From Octopus bimaculoides (Eukaryota), in the NCBI RefSeq assembly GCF_001194135.2, contig NC_068994.1:36517093-36581092 (forward strand): DNA of 64,000 bases, read 5' to 3'. The notes below the pieces were generated by a model. That model was given only the letters and a program-made list of their open reading frames with translations, did not search any database and was not told the origin of the DNA. The position numbers and the translations under genes were made by a program. Positions 12,047 to 26,213 of the stretch are shown one piece after another. How positions within the stretch are numbered: position 1 is the stretch's first letter; each line of letters opens with the position of its first letter.

Positions 12047-12424
12047 GTTTATATGTATACACACACACTCATGCACACATCATCATCGTCATTGAACATC
12101 TGTTGTCCATGCTGACATGGGCTGGATGGTTTCATCTCGGCTGGTATATATATATATATATGTATGTATGTATATGCATGTATACATGTATATGTAATAT
12201 AAAAATGTGAATGTATATACACATACACGTGCAGACACTTCCATGTAAACATCATCCATACAAATATGCATATTTATTTATTTATTTATTTGCGCGCGCG
12301 CGCGCAATATGTGGATGCAACAACATTTTAGTATGTATATATACAAGCACAAAATATATTGAAAGTAACAATACTTCCAGACAAATATTGTTTATACACA
12401 TACATATATAAACATATATGTATA

Positions 12425-12551
<127 letters not shown>

Positions 12552-14045
12552 GTATCTAATTAGGTATACCTACTTATATATACACATTTAAACACACACG
12601 CATATATACACACATATATGATGTTTGTCTGGAAGTATTGTTACTGTCAGTATATTTTGTGTTTATATATATTCATACTGCAATGTTGTTACTTCCACAT
12701 ACCATCACAATATATACACTTGCATGCCACTATATGAAATTTAATGCATTTTATGTCAGTATTTTTTCTGTGTATGATTTTTGTCAATGCATTATGTATG
12801 TGTGTTGTGTGTATTTTGTGTTTATTGCCTGTATGTGTATGTATATACTTACCCATATCTGTCTATCATCTATGACCATCCATTCATCCATACATATATA
12901 TATATATATATTTATTTATTTATTATCTACATATGTGTGTCGTTGATATACACACACACATATACCTCTGTGTATTTAGTGTAAGTTTCCACAAAAATAC
13001 TTTAGTGTCTGATAAAAGCTATTGCATATAGTCTTCAAAATATATTATATTATTTACTAATTTTGTTTCACTAATTTTTGATAAAATGTAATATTTCAAT
13101 ACCTGTCATACATGTGTGTGTGTGTGTATGTAAATATATACATACATGCATGCATATATATATATAAATACACACACACACACACACACACATGTATGTA
13201 TATCTTTGTATCTATGTTGCTGAATAATATTAGTTAAACATAATTATCATGTGGTTGATAACATGAAAAAAAAAAATATCATGCAAACCAAATGTGAGAT
13301 ATTTCTAAATAACAGAATGTCACCAATTTTATATTACCTGAATGTCACATATACTTCACTGAAATGAAATGTCAAATATTCAACAATAGACTAAATTAGT
13401 GATATTTCAAAATAGCCAAATTTGAGATATTCATATAGATTAAATGTTAGTTATTCAGTAAAGTATTTCTAAAAATGCTATATGAAAATTATTTAAAAAG
13501 TATGTGTTTATCATAAGAACAAAGTAAAATGTATTTAACAGAGTTAACTTTCTTCAATAAAATGTCTTTAAAGTATTTTTCTGTAGTATATTGAAAAATA
13601 ATTTTACTAATAAATAGTATACTAGAGTCATTTTAAGTTGAGATTATATACAATTCCTTTTCTTTTCATTTACTTTTTTAAACATCTGAGTGATGTAACT
13701 TTATTTCTCTAGGTATTTGTAAAAAGAACTTAAAGTAATTGTACATGTAATAAAACTGAACACTAAAGATAATTTCTTTAATGATTAGATTTTAGTTATG
13801 AAGCTGTATAGATTACCCTCTCTATTTAAAAAGTATACTATATTTTAAATTTTAAACATTATATAGTTATCTATATACTGTTGTATATTATATACTTTTC
13901 AAAATTCACAACACTTGATTCATTTTAACTTGTAAAATGAAGTATCTGATTTTGATATTTTTTTAAGTGATACTTTTAATTTTTCTGTAATAGAATGCAA
14001 TATAAAGTAACTGTCTTTAGAAAGAGAAAAGATGTGAGCACTTAC

Positions 14046-14333
14046 CAATACTGCAAAATTTTCTCCAATGTGCCGATAGCTGAACTGTGTATGTATCCTG
14101 CTGTAGAGTTGTACAGTTACTGCTGCTGATGTGAGCCAGCAATACTGTGTGGCTTGGTCTGTGTTGTGTGAGTATGAGAGAGAGAGGTTTACATTTCTAT
14201 CAAGTATAGTGTGTATGTAATGTCTGCTACAACCAATAACAGGCTGTTTATGGTTCCCATGGAAGGAAAACGGAAATTCTGCTTCAGATTCCAGCTGTAA
14301 AGAAGTAGATTTAATACAGAGATGAGTCACGTA
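14046..14333 (-). promoter_or_regulatory. Probable promoter or non-coding upstream exon of protocadherin gene A
   Basis: Consensus donor TTG|GTAAGT at 14046/14045 upstream of the 9372 acceptor. Unique, GC-richer island with no ATG in the last ~145 nt. CCAAT at 14233-14237, CAGCTG at 14292-14297, TGAGTCA at 14323-14329. Confidence 0.5.
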
Positions 14334-15203
14334 TATTCTTAAAAACACTAAATAATTGTTATATATACACTTATTTATTGCTAATGTAAAAGAAAAGAAA
14401 AATCTATCAATAAGTATAGACATGCAACTGTTTGAAAATACCTTCATACCTGTTAAAAGAAACCTGTAAACCTATGATAACTAGGTGTTTTTTTTTTTCA
14501 AAAACTGAAACATCAATCACTTTTTCCCCCCATTTACAAAATCTTAATATTACTGTGACTTTTTTTTTTCCTTATCAGTTCAGTTCTTATTTGATGAACA
14601 TAGATTTATCCATAATCAAAGTAAAAGAATTATCAATAATAAACATTACAAAGAAAGGTTTAAGATTTGAGTGATCTACGTCAATATGAAGAAAGAAATT
14701 TGTCTTATAATAATAATAAAAAAAAAAAATTCAGAAATCTGAAATGAAAGAACTAGTGCTATCAAAGAAATGTGTATTGCGATATTATTAAAAGAGAGAA
14801 AATAATACTTTTCCTGAAAACACTCAAACTAAATAAAAGGAGTAAAAAAAAATGTTGAATGAAAACTATGATGTCTCAAATTTTCTTTTGCTATCAAAAG
14901 ACACTTATTTTATTTTTCAATAGAGGTATTGGAAAAAGTGAAAGTGTTTAAATATAAGAGTTGAATTAATATTTCTAGCCTTAGTAGGAAAAGTAAAGTT
15001 TTAAAGTTGCCCAAAACCAAACATAATTAAGAGCTAAATATCTCATTTTTAGTGATAATTTGTGTTTTTGAAAATACTTTCTATTCAAGGTAAAGAACAA
15101 AGTTGGTACCAGAAACAAAATACATGTTAAATTTTACACATATGAACACATGCAATCTTACATACCAGTGCACACTATTCTGCGCTATGCACACACACAC
15201 ACA

Positions 15204-15286
<83 letters not shown>

Positions 15287-15338
15287 NNNNNNNNNNNNNN
15301 NNNNNNNNNNNNNNNNNNNNNNNNNNNNNNNNNNNNNN

Positions 15339-15380
<42 letters not shown>

Positions 15381-18300
15381 AATATTAAGTTACATCTTGC
15401 AAGGAAAGGAAGGTTACTTATATCATGAATTTAGCAAAACTTATTAATTAACAAGGGAAATAACTTTATGAGAATGTTTACAAAAATTTCTTGTTTTGAA
15501 TCAAATCAAGAAAATCATTTCCTCAGCTTATGAAATTGGAAGCCATCAACATTTTGAAATACATTTTTCTTTTTCTTTTTTCAATAAAATGTCAGTAATT
15601 TAATTTAACGGATGAAGTTCAAGTGATCTCACTTAAAATGTTGAAACCATATAAGTTTTAAAATGAATGTAATAAAATGAATTAAATAAAGAAATCACTT
15701 GATAATAAACATTATGGGCATTAAAATGTCAAATTAAGAAATGTGAGAGTATCTTAAAGTGAAATGTATGTAATTTGATCTGAAATAATTGTAAGAAACA
15801 ATGTCATTTCTCTAGATAATAATGTGACCTTGTTTTGTTTAACAATTTCTATTTTTGTCAAATACTCTTTCTTTACCCCTCATTATTTGATATTACCATA
15901 GACAGTATTAGAAGAACAAAATATATTGATGTATTAAATCAAAATGAAAATATAAGTTATAAGAGAATATTGGCTTTTTATCATGTTAATTTTCTGATAA
16001 TTTTATAAAATATTCATCTCTCAGTAGAAAAAACCCCCCAGAATATATAATATATAATATATATGCAACAGAAAAGACATCCAAAAGATCTTATTACATT
16101 AAAGTAGCTATTATGTATTCTGATTACTTTCCAAACATATCTCAGCCAAATTTTACAGATCCTCCAAAACTAGGAAATCTTTATGTAGTGTTGCCAAAGA
16201 TAATAGTTTGGCTTCACCTTTTCAGTTTCAGCTTCTGCTTTGATACTTGATGTTAAAATATCATTACGGTAACATACTGCTTCCTTTACAGTAACATTTG
16301 GTGAAAAATTCAATGTCAAAATTTTATTCCTATTAGATTTATTGAAAAGATGTACCATATAGTCCCCCACTCACATTCAGTTTATATCCAAGCTATTTCA
16401 GTATTGTAACCATGCCTCATGAAAACATGCCAATATTTTACCATAACAAACATAGAGAAAATCTTTTATCTCTCTCTTCTTTCCAATATTGTAAAATAGA
16501 AAAAAATGAAACTGTTTTGTTTCTCTAAACTTTACTTCTTAGTGTCTGTTCTTTAAAGCAAAGTGATTGATTACCTTAGTTATAAGCAAGTGGGTTACAT
16601 TCATAAAATATTTAGTTAAAAATAGCAAATACATCTTATAGTGATTTCTGAACTAGGTGCAAATCCTATCTTTCTTCCTTTTTCTTCCTTCTTTTTTTTC
16701 TTCTTCTTGCAAGTGTGTGTGTGTGTTGGGGAGAAAGGAGAAAGGGCTTAATTATATTTAATTGAATTGTTTCAATATATTACTGGTATATTTCAACACT
16801 TAGCTCTAATTCAGAAAAATTTAGATGAATAAACTAGATAAAAATGTCCAGCTAAATATTCTATTGTTTAAAAAATGTTGTACCTGACTAAAATTTACAT
16901 ATACATCTGTATCTATCTATCTATCTATCTGTCTATATATATATATANNNNNNNNNNNNNNNNNNNNNNNNNNNNNNNNNNNNNNNNNNNNNNNNNNNNN
17001 NNNNNNNNNNNNNNNNNNNNNNNNNNNNNNNNNNNNNNNNNNNNNNNNNNNNNNNNNNNNNNNNNNNNNNNNNNNNNNNNNNNNNNNNNNNNNNNNNNNN
17101 NNNNNNNNNNNNNNNNNNNNNNNNNNNNNNNNNNNNNNNNNNNNNNNNNNNNNNNNNNNNNNNNNNNNNNNNNNNNNNNNNNNNNNNNNNNNNNNNNNNN
17201 NNNNNNNNNNNNNNNNNNNNNNNNNNNNNNNNNNNNNNNNNNNNNNNNNNNNNNNNNNNNNNNNNNNNNNNNNNNNNNNNNNNNNNNNNNNNNNNNNNNN
17301 NNNNNNNNNNNNNNNNNNNNNNNNNNNNNNNNNNNNNNNNNNNNNNNNNNNNNNNNCTCTCTCTCTCTAAAATTTGCATATCATAATTGATAAAACAGAT
17401 GATAAGACATGATTCAAAATAATTCTCTCAGGTTCATGTCTTTGTATAAAGAAAATTTACCCCAGAGCCCTGAGTGACTCATTGTTCTAATAAGTTTCTT
17501 TATATTCAATAACAACAATGAAAAATAAATCAATTTTTGTCTTCTAAATACTCCTAAAAATGCTTTATGCACTACAATGATGTTTTTGCAACGTTTCTCA
17601 AACTTTTAAGATTGTTCTTAATTTTGAAGTAGGTGTAAAATAAAAATAAAAGCCTATAAATATTTCTTGGTATGCTGTATGTATAGAAAATAACTTCTGG
17701 AATTCTTCAAAATTATATTAAAAATGTTGGTACTAATTTCAACACTGGTCATACTAACAGCAGCACAAAACTATTTACTGAAATCTAACTAAAATCGTAT
17801 CAAACCCGACTTTGTTTAACCCTTTAAGCATGGAGGTCATTAATAAGCAATTTGATGAATGTATGCCCAGAGCATAAGTCAGCAATAAGCAATTCTGATT
17901 GTCATACAATTTCTGAATAGTATAAATTTCAATTTTAAAATATTAATTGTCATGCTGAAATATTACTTAGTGTAATGAAAGGGTTAGGAATAAGAATTCT
18001 TACACGGCTAAAATTCTCTTTAACTTAAACATTTCGATGATATTGAAGAAATTAATAAATGGTAACAGTTTGTAAAATATTGATTTCTAACATTTGTGAG
18101 TAGCATACACCTGATTAAGTTGACTGTAGAGCTTTACTGGTACTTTATTCTGTTGACCCTGAAAGGGTGAAAAGGAAAGTTGACGTTGGTGTAATTTGAA
18201 TTTAAGTCATAAAAAGCTGTTGTCAAAACAAGTTTGTCATGCTTCTTTTCTAGTTATACAAGTGCTCCCTTGGAAGAAAAGATGTTTTTAATAACTGTAA

Positions 18301-18574
18301 AGAATTTTGATTGGGATTTCCAAAGAGATATCTTAAGAAAACTATGCTAATCTAATATGCTTTAATTTAGCTGCCTCACGATTATCCATTAAACCACATA
18401 CAAATGAAATCCAGTGTAGACCTCTAAAGTTTATTTATGTAGCAAAATATTAATATTTCATTTCTATGTTAATTGGTATATGACATACCTTTGAGTTCAA
18501 AATCTACATCTGTAACAATACAAATCAGTATTAGAAAGTATCTATAGGAAAACTGCTGTTTGACTGGCAAACTA

Positions 18575-18859
18575 TCAATAATCTGTTCCCCAGTATATAC
18601 CACTGAACTGTTTACCTACTACTCTTCTCATCTTACTTGCCTTAATCTCCACCCACTTCAATACCTTTATCTGCCATTTTCTTGTCCTCCTATTAAGCAT
18701 CTTAACTTTTCTCTCTAGAACTTCGTTGTGTGTGGTTTCATCCCCTGGCCAAATAATGCAAAGTGTAAGAATCTGAATGCTAACCTCCCACAGAACTTTT
18801 TTAACTCCAGAGGTGATAATGAACTTTTGGCTTCTGTCCTTCTCCTCCAGACAATTCAA
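18575..18859 (-). mobile_element. Decayed LINE RT C-terminal remnant
   Basis: ILTLCIIWPGDETTHNEVLERK...RRTRKWQIKVLKW resembles the LINE motif RILRISWxDxxTNEEVLxR...RRxLxWxGH. Confidence 0.55.
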
Positions 18860-21295
18860 TAGAAATCCTGGAAACTAAAGAGCTAATTATATCTCCCTGG
18901 TTGATGTAAAATGTGAAGAAGACAAATGCTTCAGATAATATATAAATTCTAATACTTAGTTTCTGTTGCAATAATGATAGAGAGATTAACATATTTTAGT
19001 GGATGAGGGAGTTAAATGGATTCCCACTAACTTCAATTCATTCCTCTGTTTAGTCAACTTAAACTTTGCTTAATGTTTATCATGCTAATATTTCATATTA
19101 TTCTTTTAAAGACATTAACAACTAATCATTTGAATGTTACATGTCCTTGTAAGACAATGGCTATCTCTGCTTCATTGATATGCATCTTTATCATTGTGTT
19201 GATCATCTTCATTCCCCCTGCTTATGCCTTCATGTGAAGTGTAAATGTATTTTGTTTGACAGTTTGTTTTCTTTTAAATATCAAAATGTTATTTTCAACA
19301 TCAGTTAGGGTGACATGATCAGTCCAGTATACTGATCATACCATCACATCACTCTAAAAGGAATGGTATAATTCTGAGACATTTACCATACTTCAAGTAC
19401 TAGAGATGATGAATTCACTAATTCTAGAGTGTGTTCCTTCCGGCATTTGTCAAAGAGTTTTTAGATTAGCTTCTTCCTGAGATTGATTGTCATCTTCAAG
19501 ATTTGAAGGCCTTTTTTTTTTTTTTTCTTAAGAAGGGTAATTGTAAACATGAATAAGAATTATAGCTGGTAGAATGACATAGCAAGACAATACAATGAAG
19601 AAGAAAAAACATTAATAAAAATGGCTGAGTGGCATCAAGGAAGCTGGACAGATATTGAGTTTTAGAATTACATAAAATGTAGTTATGCATCATGTTGTCC
19701 AGAATGAAACAGATGGTTTGTAATTAATTTTGTAGTATCTTCAATTTTAGTTACACGTATACCAAACAAAAATTTGACTAAAAGATCCGTATCTTCAAAT
19801 TAATATTGAAGACAACTTTGGGTATAATAAATTGCCTATAAATAATACTAATAATATAGTATGTACATGTAACTGTTAGGAAAAATTTTAAGTTGGAAGA
19901 TGTGCAAATTATTAACTTTCTCCCTACTTCAGTATGAAAGTAAATCTTTAGTAATATAAGCAAGTTAAACTAATTCTCTAAAATATATGTTTATTAACAA
20001 CACAAAGAAATAATATATACTATATTCAATATCTTTTTATTTTCCACTTAGTGTTTTGAAAGATTTTCAATGAAAGTCAGAATGCAAATAATTCCAGAGG
20101 GTATTTGCATTAAGCTTCCTTGTTTTTTTTTCCCGTTTTTTTTTCTCCAATTTTTGAAATATATGTTATTGTTTATTAACAGGAGTCTTTTCATTCAATT
20201 TTACCATTAGAAAGAAATTTGTATTTTTTCTTTCAGAAATGTGAACTAAATTTTATGTTAATTTTACACTTAGAACAAAAGTTGTAATGAATGTATCATT
20301 TTTTTTTTTACATTTTAAGATATACACAATGATGACACCCTAACTAAACAATTTCTATTGCGCTCATTAATAATGAAAATATAGTTTTTATATGTCACTA
20401 ATCAAATAAGAAAAAATATTATTTTTGCTTTCACTCATACTTAATTATTAATACATCCTTACAAAACAGTTACCTGAAGGCATAAAGTATTGCAATTAGA
20501 GAATACAATTAATTTTCTATTTCTAACAAATCTTTTAAATGGCTTCTAATGGCTAACCTTCTTTTCCTTGTCATGAAAAAAGTTTTTTCAGATATTTTAT
20601 AGCAATTATAAAACAATAGATGGACAAAAAGCAAATATTTATTTTATGACTAATCACTACTATTTTTTGAGATTATTTATTATTGACAACAAATTTTTAT
20701 TCAAATGGGTTGTTTTGCTCTCCTCTAATACTTTTAATTTGCTATCTGAATTGAATTGGAAAACAGATTGAATAGTAGTGTAATAACATACATAATAAAT
20801 TTATTTCATAATTTGATTTGAGTATAAAGTGTTTTTAGAAAGAAAATCTATTTAATTATTTATTTTCCAACTGCAGCAATGGCAAACCTAACCTTGAAAT
20901 TTTAAAATACTATTTAATAGCTATGTGCATATATTGCTTGAAGCATGAAGTAATTTTTAACAAAATTTTCCTTTTTGATTATGAAATTTTGTCATAAAGT
21001 TGAAATGAAAAATGTCACACAAATTCATTCTCATAATTAATTTTCATTACTACATTTATTAATCCTGAATATTATTTTTTTTTAAATACCAATTTATATA
21101 ACCAAATATTTCAACTAGATAGTATAAAACATTTTTATAAATTTTGATTAGAAGGTTTAAAAGGAATACACACAAAATTCATCTTCATCAGAAGAGCCAT
21201 TTTTAACAGATTAGAAAATAAGTAACTTGTTTATTTCCATTATTGCCACAAACTCAGAAATATGATCAACAAATCTTTAGATGTAAAAGTAACAC

Positions 21296-21331
<36 letters not shown>

Positions 21332-21380
21332 GTTCATCTGTCTGTCTGTCTGTCTGCCTGCATCCTACTCTCTCTATATA

Positions 21381-22651
21381 CAGGGGTTGGACAAAATAAT
21401 GGAAACACCTAGCATCATAGCATCATAATTTTGAAATATCTATAAAACCGTCAAAAGCTTGGTTATTTTTGTTTTTTGATTTATTATTTGTGTTGCTTAA
21501 TATATTTTGCTAAAATTGCTGTTTCTTTTCAGATATCATCAGAAAAATGTAATTAAAATTCATTAAAATGACAGATCTATTGAACTTTCAAAGAGGTCAA
21601 ATTGTTAGTGCTCGTATAGCAGGCGGTAGCGTAACAAAAACAGCCAAAATGTTTGGTGTATCAAGAGGTACTGTCTTGAAAGTAATGACAGCGATTGAGA
21701 AAGAGGAAAAAAAACCTCCTCGTCGAAACAAAACTCTGGAAGAAAACCAAAACTTTCAGAGAGGGACTGTCAGACTCTTACGTGAATTGTTAGAAAGGAT
21801 CACAAAAGTACAGCTCCCAAAATTACTGCTGAGCTTAATGACCACCTTGAGAACCCAGTTTCCACAAAATTTGTTTGCTGGGAGTAACACAAAGCCGGAT
21901 TTCATGGGAGGGCTGCGATCAGAAAACTGCTACTTTCAAAAACAAACGTTGCAAAATGTTTAGAGTGGAGTAAAAACCTACAGAATTGGTCCCTAGAGCA
22001 GTGGAAGAATATTATTTTCTCAAACAAATCATCCTTTACCCTATTTCCGACCACTGGCTGAGTATACGTGTGGAGACAGCCAAAAGAAGCATTTGATCCA
22101 GACTGCCTTTTTCCAACTGTTAAACATAGAGGAGGATCTGTAATGATTTAGGGAGCTATATCTTGGAAATTCGCCAGCCCAATAGTTTTTCTTCATGGCA
22201 GAATTAATAGTCAAGACTATTTAAGCATTTTATCTGATCAAGTTCATCTTAAGGTTACAGAACTGTTTAGAGGGAAACGCAATCTTTCAAGATGATAATG
22301 CACCAATTCACACAGCTAAAGTTGTTACTGAATGGCACGAGGAACATTCTAGTGAAGTTGAACATCTTATCTGGCCACCACAGTCCCCAGATCTCAATAT
22401 TATTGAACATTTATGATGCATTTTAGAAAAACAAGTAAGAAGTCAATATCTTCCACCATCGTCACTACAAGAACTGGAGACTGTTTTAGCTAAAGAATGG
22501 ACAAAAATTCCTTTGGAAACAATTCAAACTTTGTACGAGTCCATACCTCATAGAATTCAAGCTGTAATATCTTCCAAAGGCAGTCCTACCTGATATTAAA
22601 ATTAATTTGTTTGAAATTTTAAGGTGTTTCCATTATTTTGTCCAGCCCCTG
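21381..22651 (+). mobile_element. Full-length inactive Tc1-like DNA transposon with DD36E spacing
   Basis: 30-bp TIRs CAGGGG(T/C)TGGACAAAATAATGGAAACACCT at 21381-21410 and 22622-22651 (29/30 identical). TA on the left, TG on the right. Transposase relic 21568 to about 22593 with frameshifts and stops; FQDDNAPIH and QSPDLNIIE motifs. Confidence 0.92.
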
Positions 22652-24026
22652 TGTATATTTGATGCTGTTGGTAGAGATTTAGTGTACTGGGTGAAATAAT
22701 TCTTATTGTTATGCTCCAGTTTTAGAATATCAAACCATAATGAGTTGTTGGTTCTTAAAGTATGAAGATCAGTAACATCATTATTGATATTCTAATGAAG
22801 ATTATGCTGATTAATAATGCTGTCAATGTTTTTAAAAGCATATGTATAATTTTATATAACAAGGTCTATCAAATATCTAAGGAATATAAAAAGTAAGATT
22901 GAAACTTATAGAACTACCAAATCTTTAGACAAATTTTAATGTTGTTAGAATTTTACATATGTGTAATTCTTCTGCACTGGAAATCTTTTATTGTTCAGTA
23001 AATATCTAATTTTAAATCAAATGATTTGTATTTAAATGTGTAAGCTTTCTACTTTTGTTGGGTGAAAATTAGTTTTTAAGGAAATCAAATTTGTTGTTAT
23101 TTTTCATCTTTGTTGTCATTAAACATTAATCTAATAATGATAAGTTATAACTTCCATCATTTCATACAGTTCACAACTTCAATTTTAGCTATTAAAGTAT
23201 TACATTTATATCAAAAAAAAAAAAAAAATCCCATTGTGTGCTGCATATGGTGGGTATTAGTGAGTAAAATACTTTGTCTCTTAACAAAAACAAATAGAAT
23301 GAAAGAAAGAAAAGTAAACAAGATATTTGAAAGTTTAAAAAAAATATTTTCTTCCAAATTCTTAGTTTACTCATTAGTTAAATATTTTCTCTAACTAATC
23401 CCAGTTGAAGTAATGAATATAGAAATAAGTAATTAAATGTTTAACAACAGTGGACTGCACTGTTACTTAATGAATATAGCTTGTTCAAAAATTGAATAAA
23501 TTGGTTTGCTGTAAAGCAGTGGTTCTCAAGGTCCTTGAAGATTTGGTGGTGGCGGTGGTGGTGGGGATCCATACATAAGGAAAGGCTGTACATTTCGGTA
23601 GAAACTGATCACTGCCTGGCAAAGGATACTGGTCAAGTGTTGAACTTTACACTTTCCTCAGAGCAAATCAATTCATTCTACTTATTGAAGATTAGAAAAT
23701 GTAGTTTTACATGACTTAAACCAGCAATTTTAGAAATGTTTGTTTTACAAAAATTGGATCTACATAGATTTTCATAATTCAATCAAATTTCAATCAAAAT
23801 GCCTTTCAAATACAAATAAAAAGATTTTGCCGAGTCTCTCAGTTTTCTACAGCTTTTCATAAAATCTACTTTGGTGTTAATCATTTAAATTTGAATTCTT
23901 TGAAAATAATATCTAACCTTTCTAATCAATAAACAAATTCTCAGAACACAGGTTAAGTACTTCCAGGAAAACATATCAAAGTTTGTTTCAAACTAAACTT
24001 CTAAGTGAGAGTATGGTATCAAAGTG

Positions 24027-25269
24027 AGAGGTGGTATCAAAAAATTCCCAGTCTAGTTCTGCTGTGCACTAACTGATGGCAGCACATGATTGTATGCACA
24101 GTGAGAGCTAGCAATGACCTTCATGAAGCAGTGTGCTGAGTGACATTGCTGTGTTTACTCCACAAATTGTGAAAGTTGTGTTTTTGTGATCACATGTATG
24201 CTGTAGCCTGTGATTTTGTCATGGACAGAAAATTGGAACAAAAAGCCAATGTGAAATTTTTCATTAAACTTGGAAAGTCTGCTGCAGAGACATTGAGCAT
24301 GCTTTGGCAAGCTTACAACAACAAGGCAGTGGGTCGTACACTGGTGCTTAAAAAGCAGAAGAAAATCCCTGGAATACAATGGGTGCTCTGGAAGACCTGC
24401 CATGATCGTCATCGCTGGAAATGTGAAGAAAATTCATCATGAAAATCGTCGGAGGACAATCAACAACATTGCTGATGCTGTTGGTCTATCATATGGGTTT
24501 GTATAGGTAATCCTAACTGCGAAGTTTGTCCCCCCCATCTGCTGGCCACTTAGCAGAAAGAACATCACATTGAAGCCTGTCAAGATCTCTGTCAGCATGC
24601 CACTTATGACCCATCCTTCATGTCAAGGATCATCACTGGTAATATGAGTTGGGTCTATGGGTACGACCCTGAGATGAAGTAGCAGTTGTCACAATGGAAG
24701 AGCCCTTCATCTCCACTGCTGAAGAAGGCACGACAGAGCCACAGCTCAATCAAGAGATACTCATCGTTTTTTGTGACATCTGTGGTATTGTGCATTGAGA
24801 ATTCGACCCCATGGCCAGACCATCAACTGAGAGTTCTACTGCAATGTTTTGAAGCATTTAAGGGCGGACATTTGATGAAAGTGACCAGATCTGTGGAGCA
24901 CAAAGAATTGGATTCTTCACAATGACAATGCACCCTGTCATCAAGCTCTCTTCACTTGTGAGTTTCTCACAAAAACAACATGGTATTTCTTCCACACCTG
25001 CCCTTTTCATCAGATTTAGCACCAGTGGACTTCCATCTCTTCCCCAAGATGAAAATGCAATTCAAAGGTTGCCATTTTAACACTGTTGATGAGATCAAGA
25101 GCAAATTGCAGAAGGTCTTCAACTGGCTTATGGCAAATGACTTCCAGGCTGGATTCCAAAAGTGGCAGGAATGCTGGGACTCGTGTATTACTACACAAGC
25201 GACTACTTTGAAGGAAATGATACTAAAACTTAAACATAACTAATCTGGGAACTTTTTGATATTACCTCG
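24027..25269 (+). mobile_element. Full-length inactive mariner (DD34D)
   Basis: Degenerate TIRs (GAGGTGGTATCAAAAAATTCCCAG / CTGGGAACTTTTTGATATTACCTCG-TA). Transposase fragments MDRKLEQKANVKFFIKLGKS, IITGN, YDPE, HNDNAPCH and SSDLAPVDFHLFPKMK; 34 residues between D2 and D3. Confidence 0.9.
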
Positions 25270-25361
25270 TATATAGAGGCTGAAAAGAATGAGAGTGTTC
25301 ATAGTAAAATTGTACTGGAAATAGTGTTTCAGGAATTAATAAAATTATTATACTTATAGGT

Positions 25362-25768
25362 GCATGCATAGCTGTATGGTAAGAAGTTTGCTTCTCAACT
25401 GCTTGGTTCAGGGTTCAATCCCTTAGACAAGTGTCTTCTACTATAACCCTTGCCTGCCCAAAGCCTTGTGAGTGGATGTGATAGATGGAAACTGAAAGAA
25501 GCCTTTCAACTATATATATTTATAAATACATGTCTGTGTTCTTATGTTGGTATTTGTACCCCACCACTGCTTGTGAACTTGTGTTAGTTTGTTTACATCC
25601 CCATAACTTAGCAATTCAGCAAAAGAGACTGATAGCATAGGTGTCAGACTTGAAAAAAAAAAAAAAGACACAAAAAAACTACTACTGAGGTTAATTAATT
25701 TGACTAAATACTTTAAGGGACTACCCCAGCATGACTGCAGTCCAGGGACTGAGACAAATAAAAGATAT
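25362..25768 (+). mobile_element. tRNA-head SINE followed by a second SINE segment
   Basis: Head TAGCTGTATGGTAAGAAG...GGTTCAATCCC. Body ...CCAGCATGACTGCAGTCC...GACTGAGACAAATAAAAG recurs at 26335-26520, 36686-36830, 36915-37112 and 46030-46225. Confidence 0.7.
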
Positions 25769-26104
25769 GAATTAATAGAAGCACTGCACAATGGTAAATC
25801 ACATAATGTTTTCTTTCTTAATGTATCCATTTTATCACCAGTTGCTATGTAATGTGAATTAAACACACCAATTTAGTTTTGTCTGAATGTGTGTATACAT
25901 TATAAAACAAAAAAGCTGCTATTTTCTCCATCACCTGGAATGAGCAACAAACCTTTGATGAATCTTTAACAGTAACTGAAGCTTACCCAACATGACTTGT
26001 TTTGCTGGCCACATACAGGAAAAGTGGCAGTTTAACCAAGGCGCCAGACTAAAAGTCTATAAAAAAAAATTGAAGTTTACCATAATTTCTACTTGCATGC
26101 ACGT

Positions 26105-26145
<41 letters not shown>

Positions 26146-26172
26146 ATCTCTCTCTCTCTCTCTGTCTCACTC

Positions 26173-26213
<41 letters not shown>

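Noticed and set aside
13920-14447. 175-aa minus-strand ORF
   Set aside because: No recognisable domain. It runs from AT-rich flank across a consensus donor and is better explained as a non-coding exon or promoter.
23517-23960. hAT end CAGTGGTTCTCAA
   Set aside because: No convincing partner TIR or TSD found.
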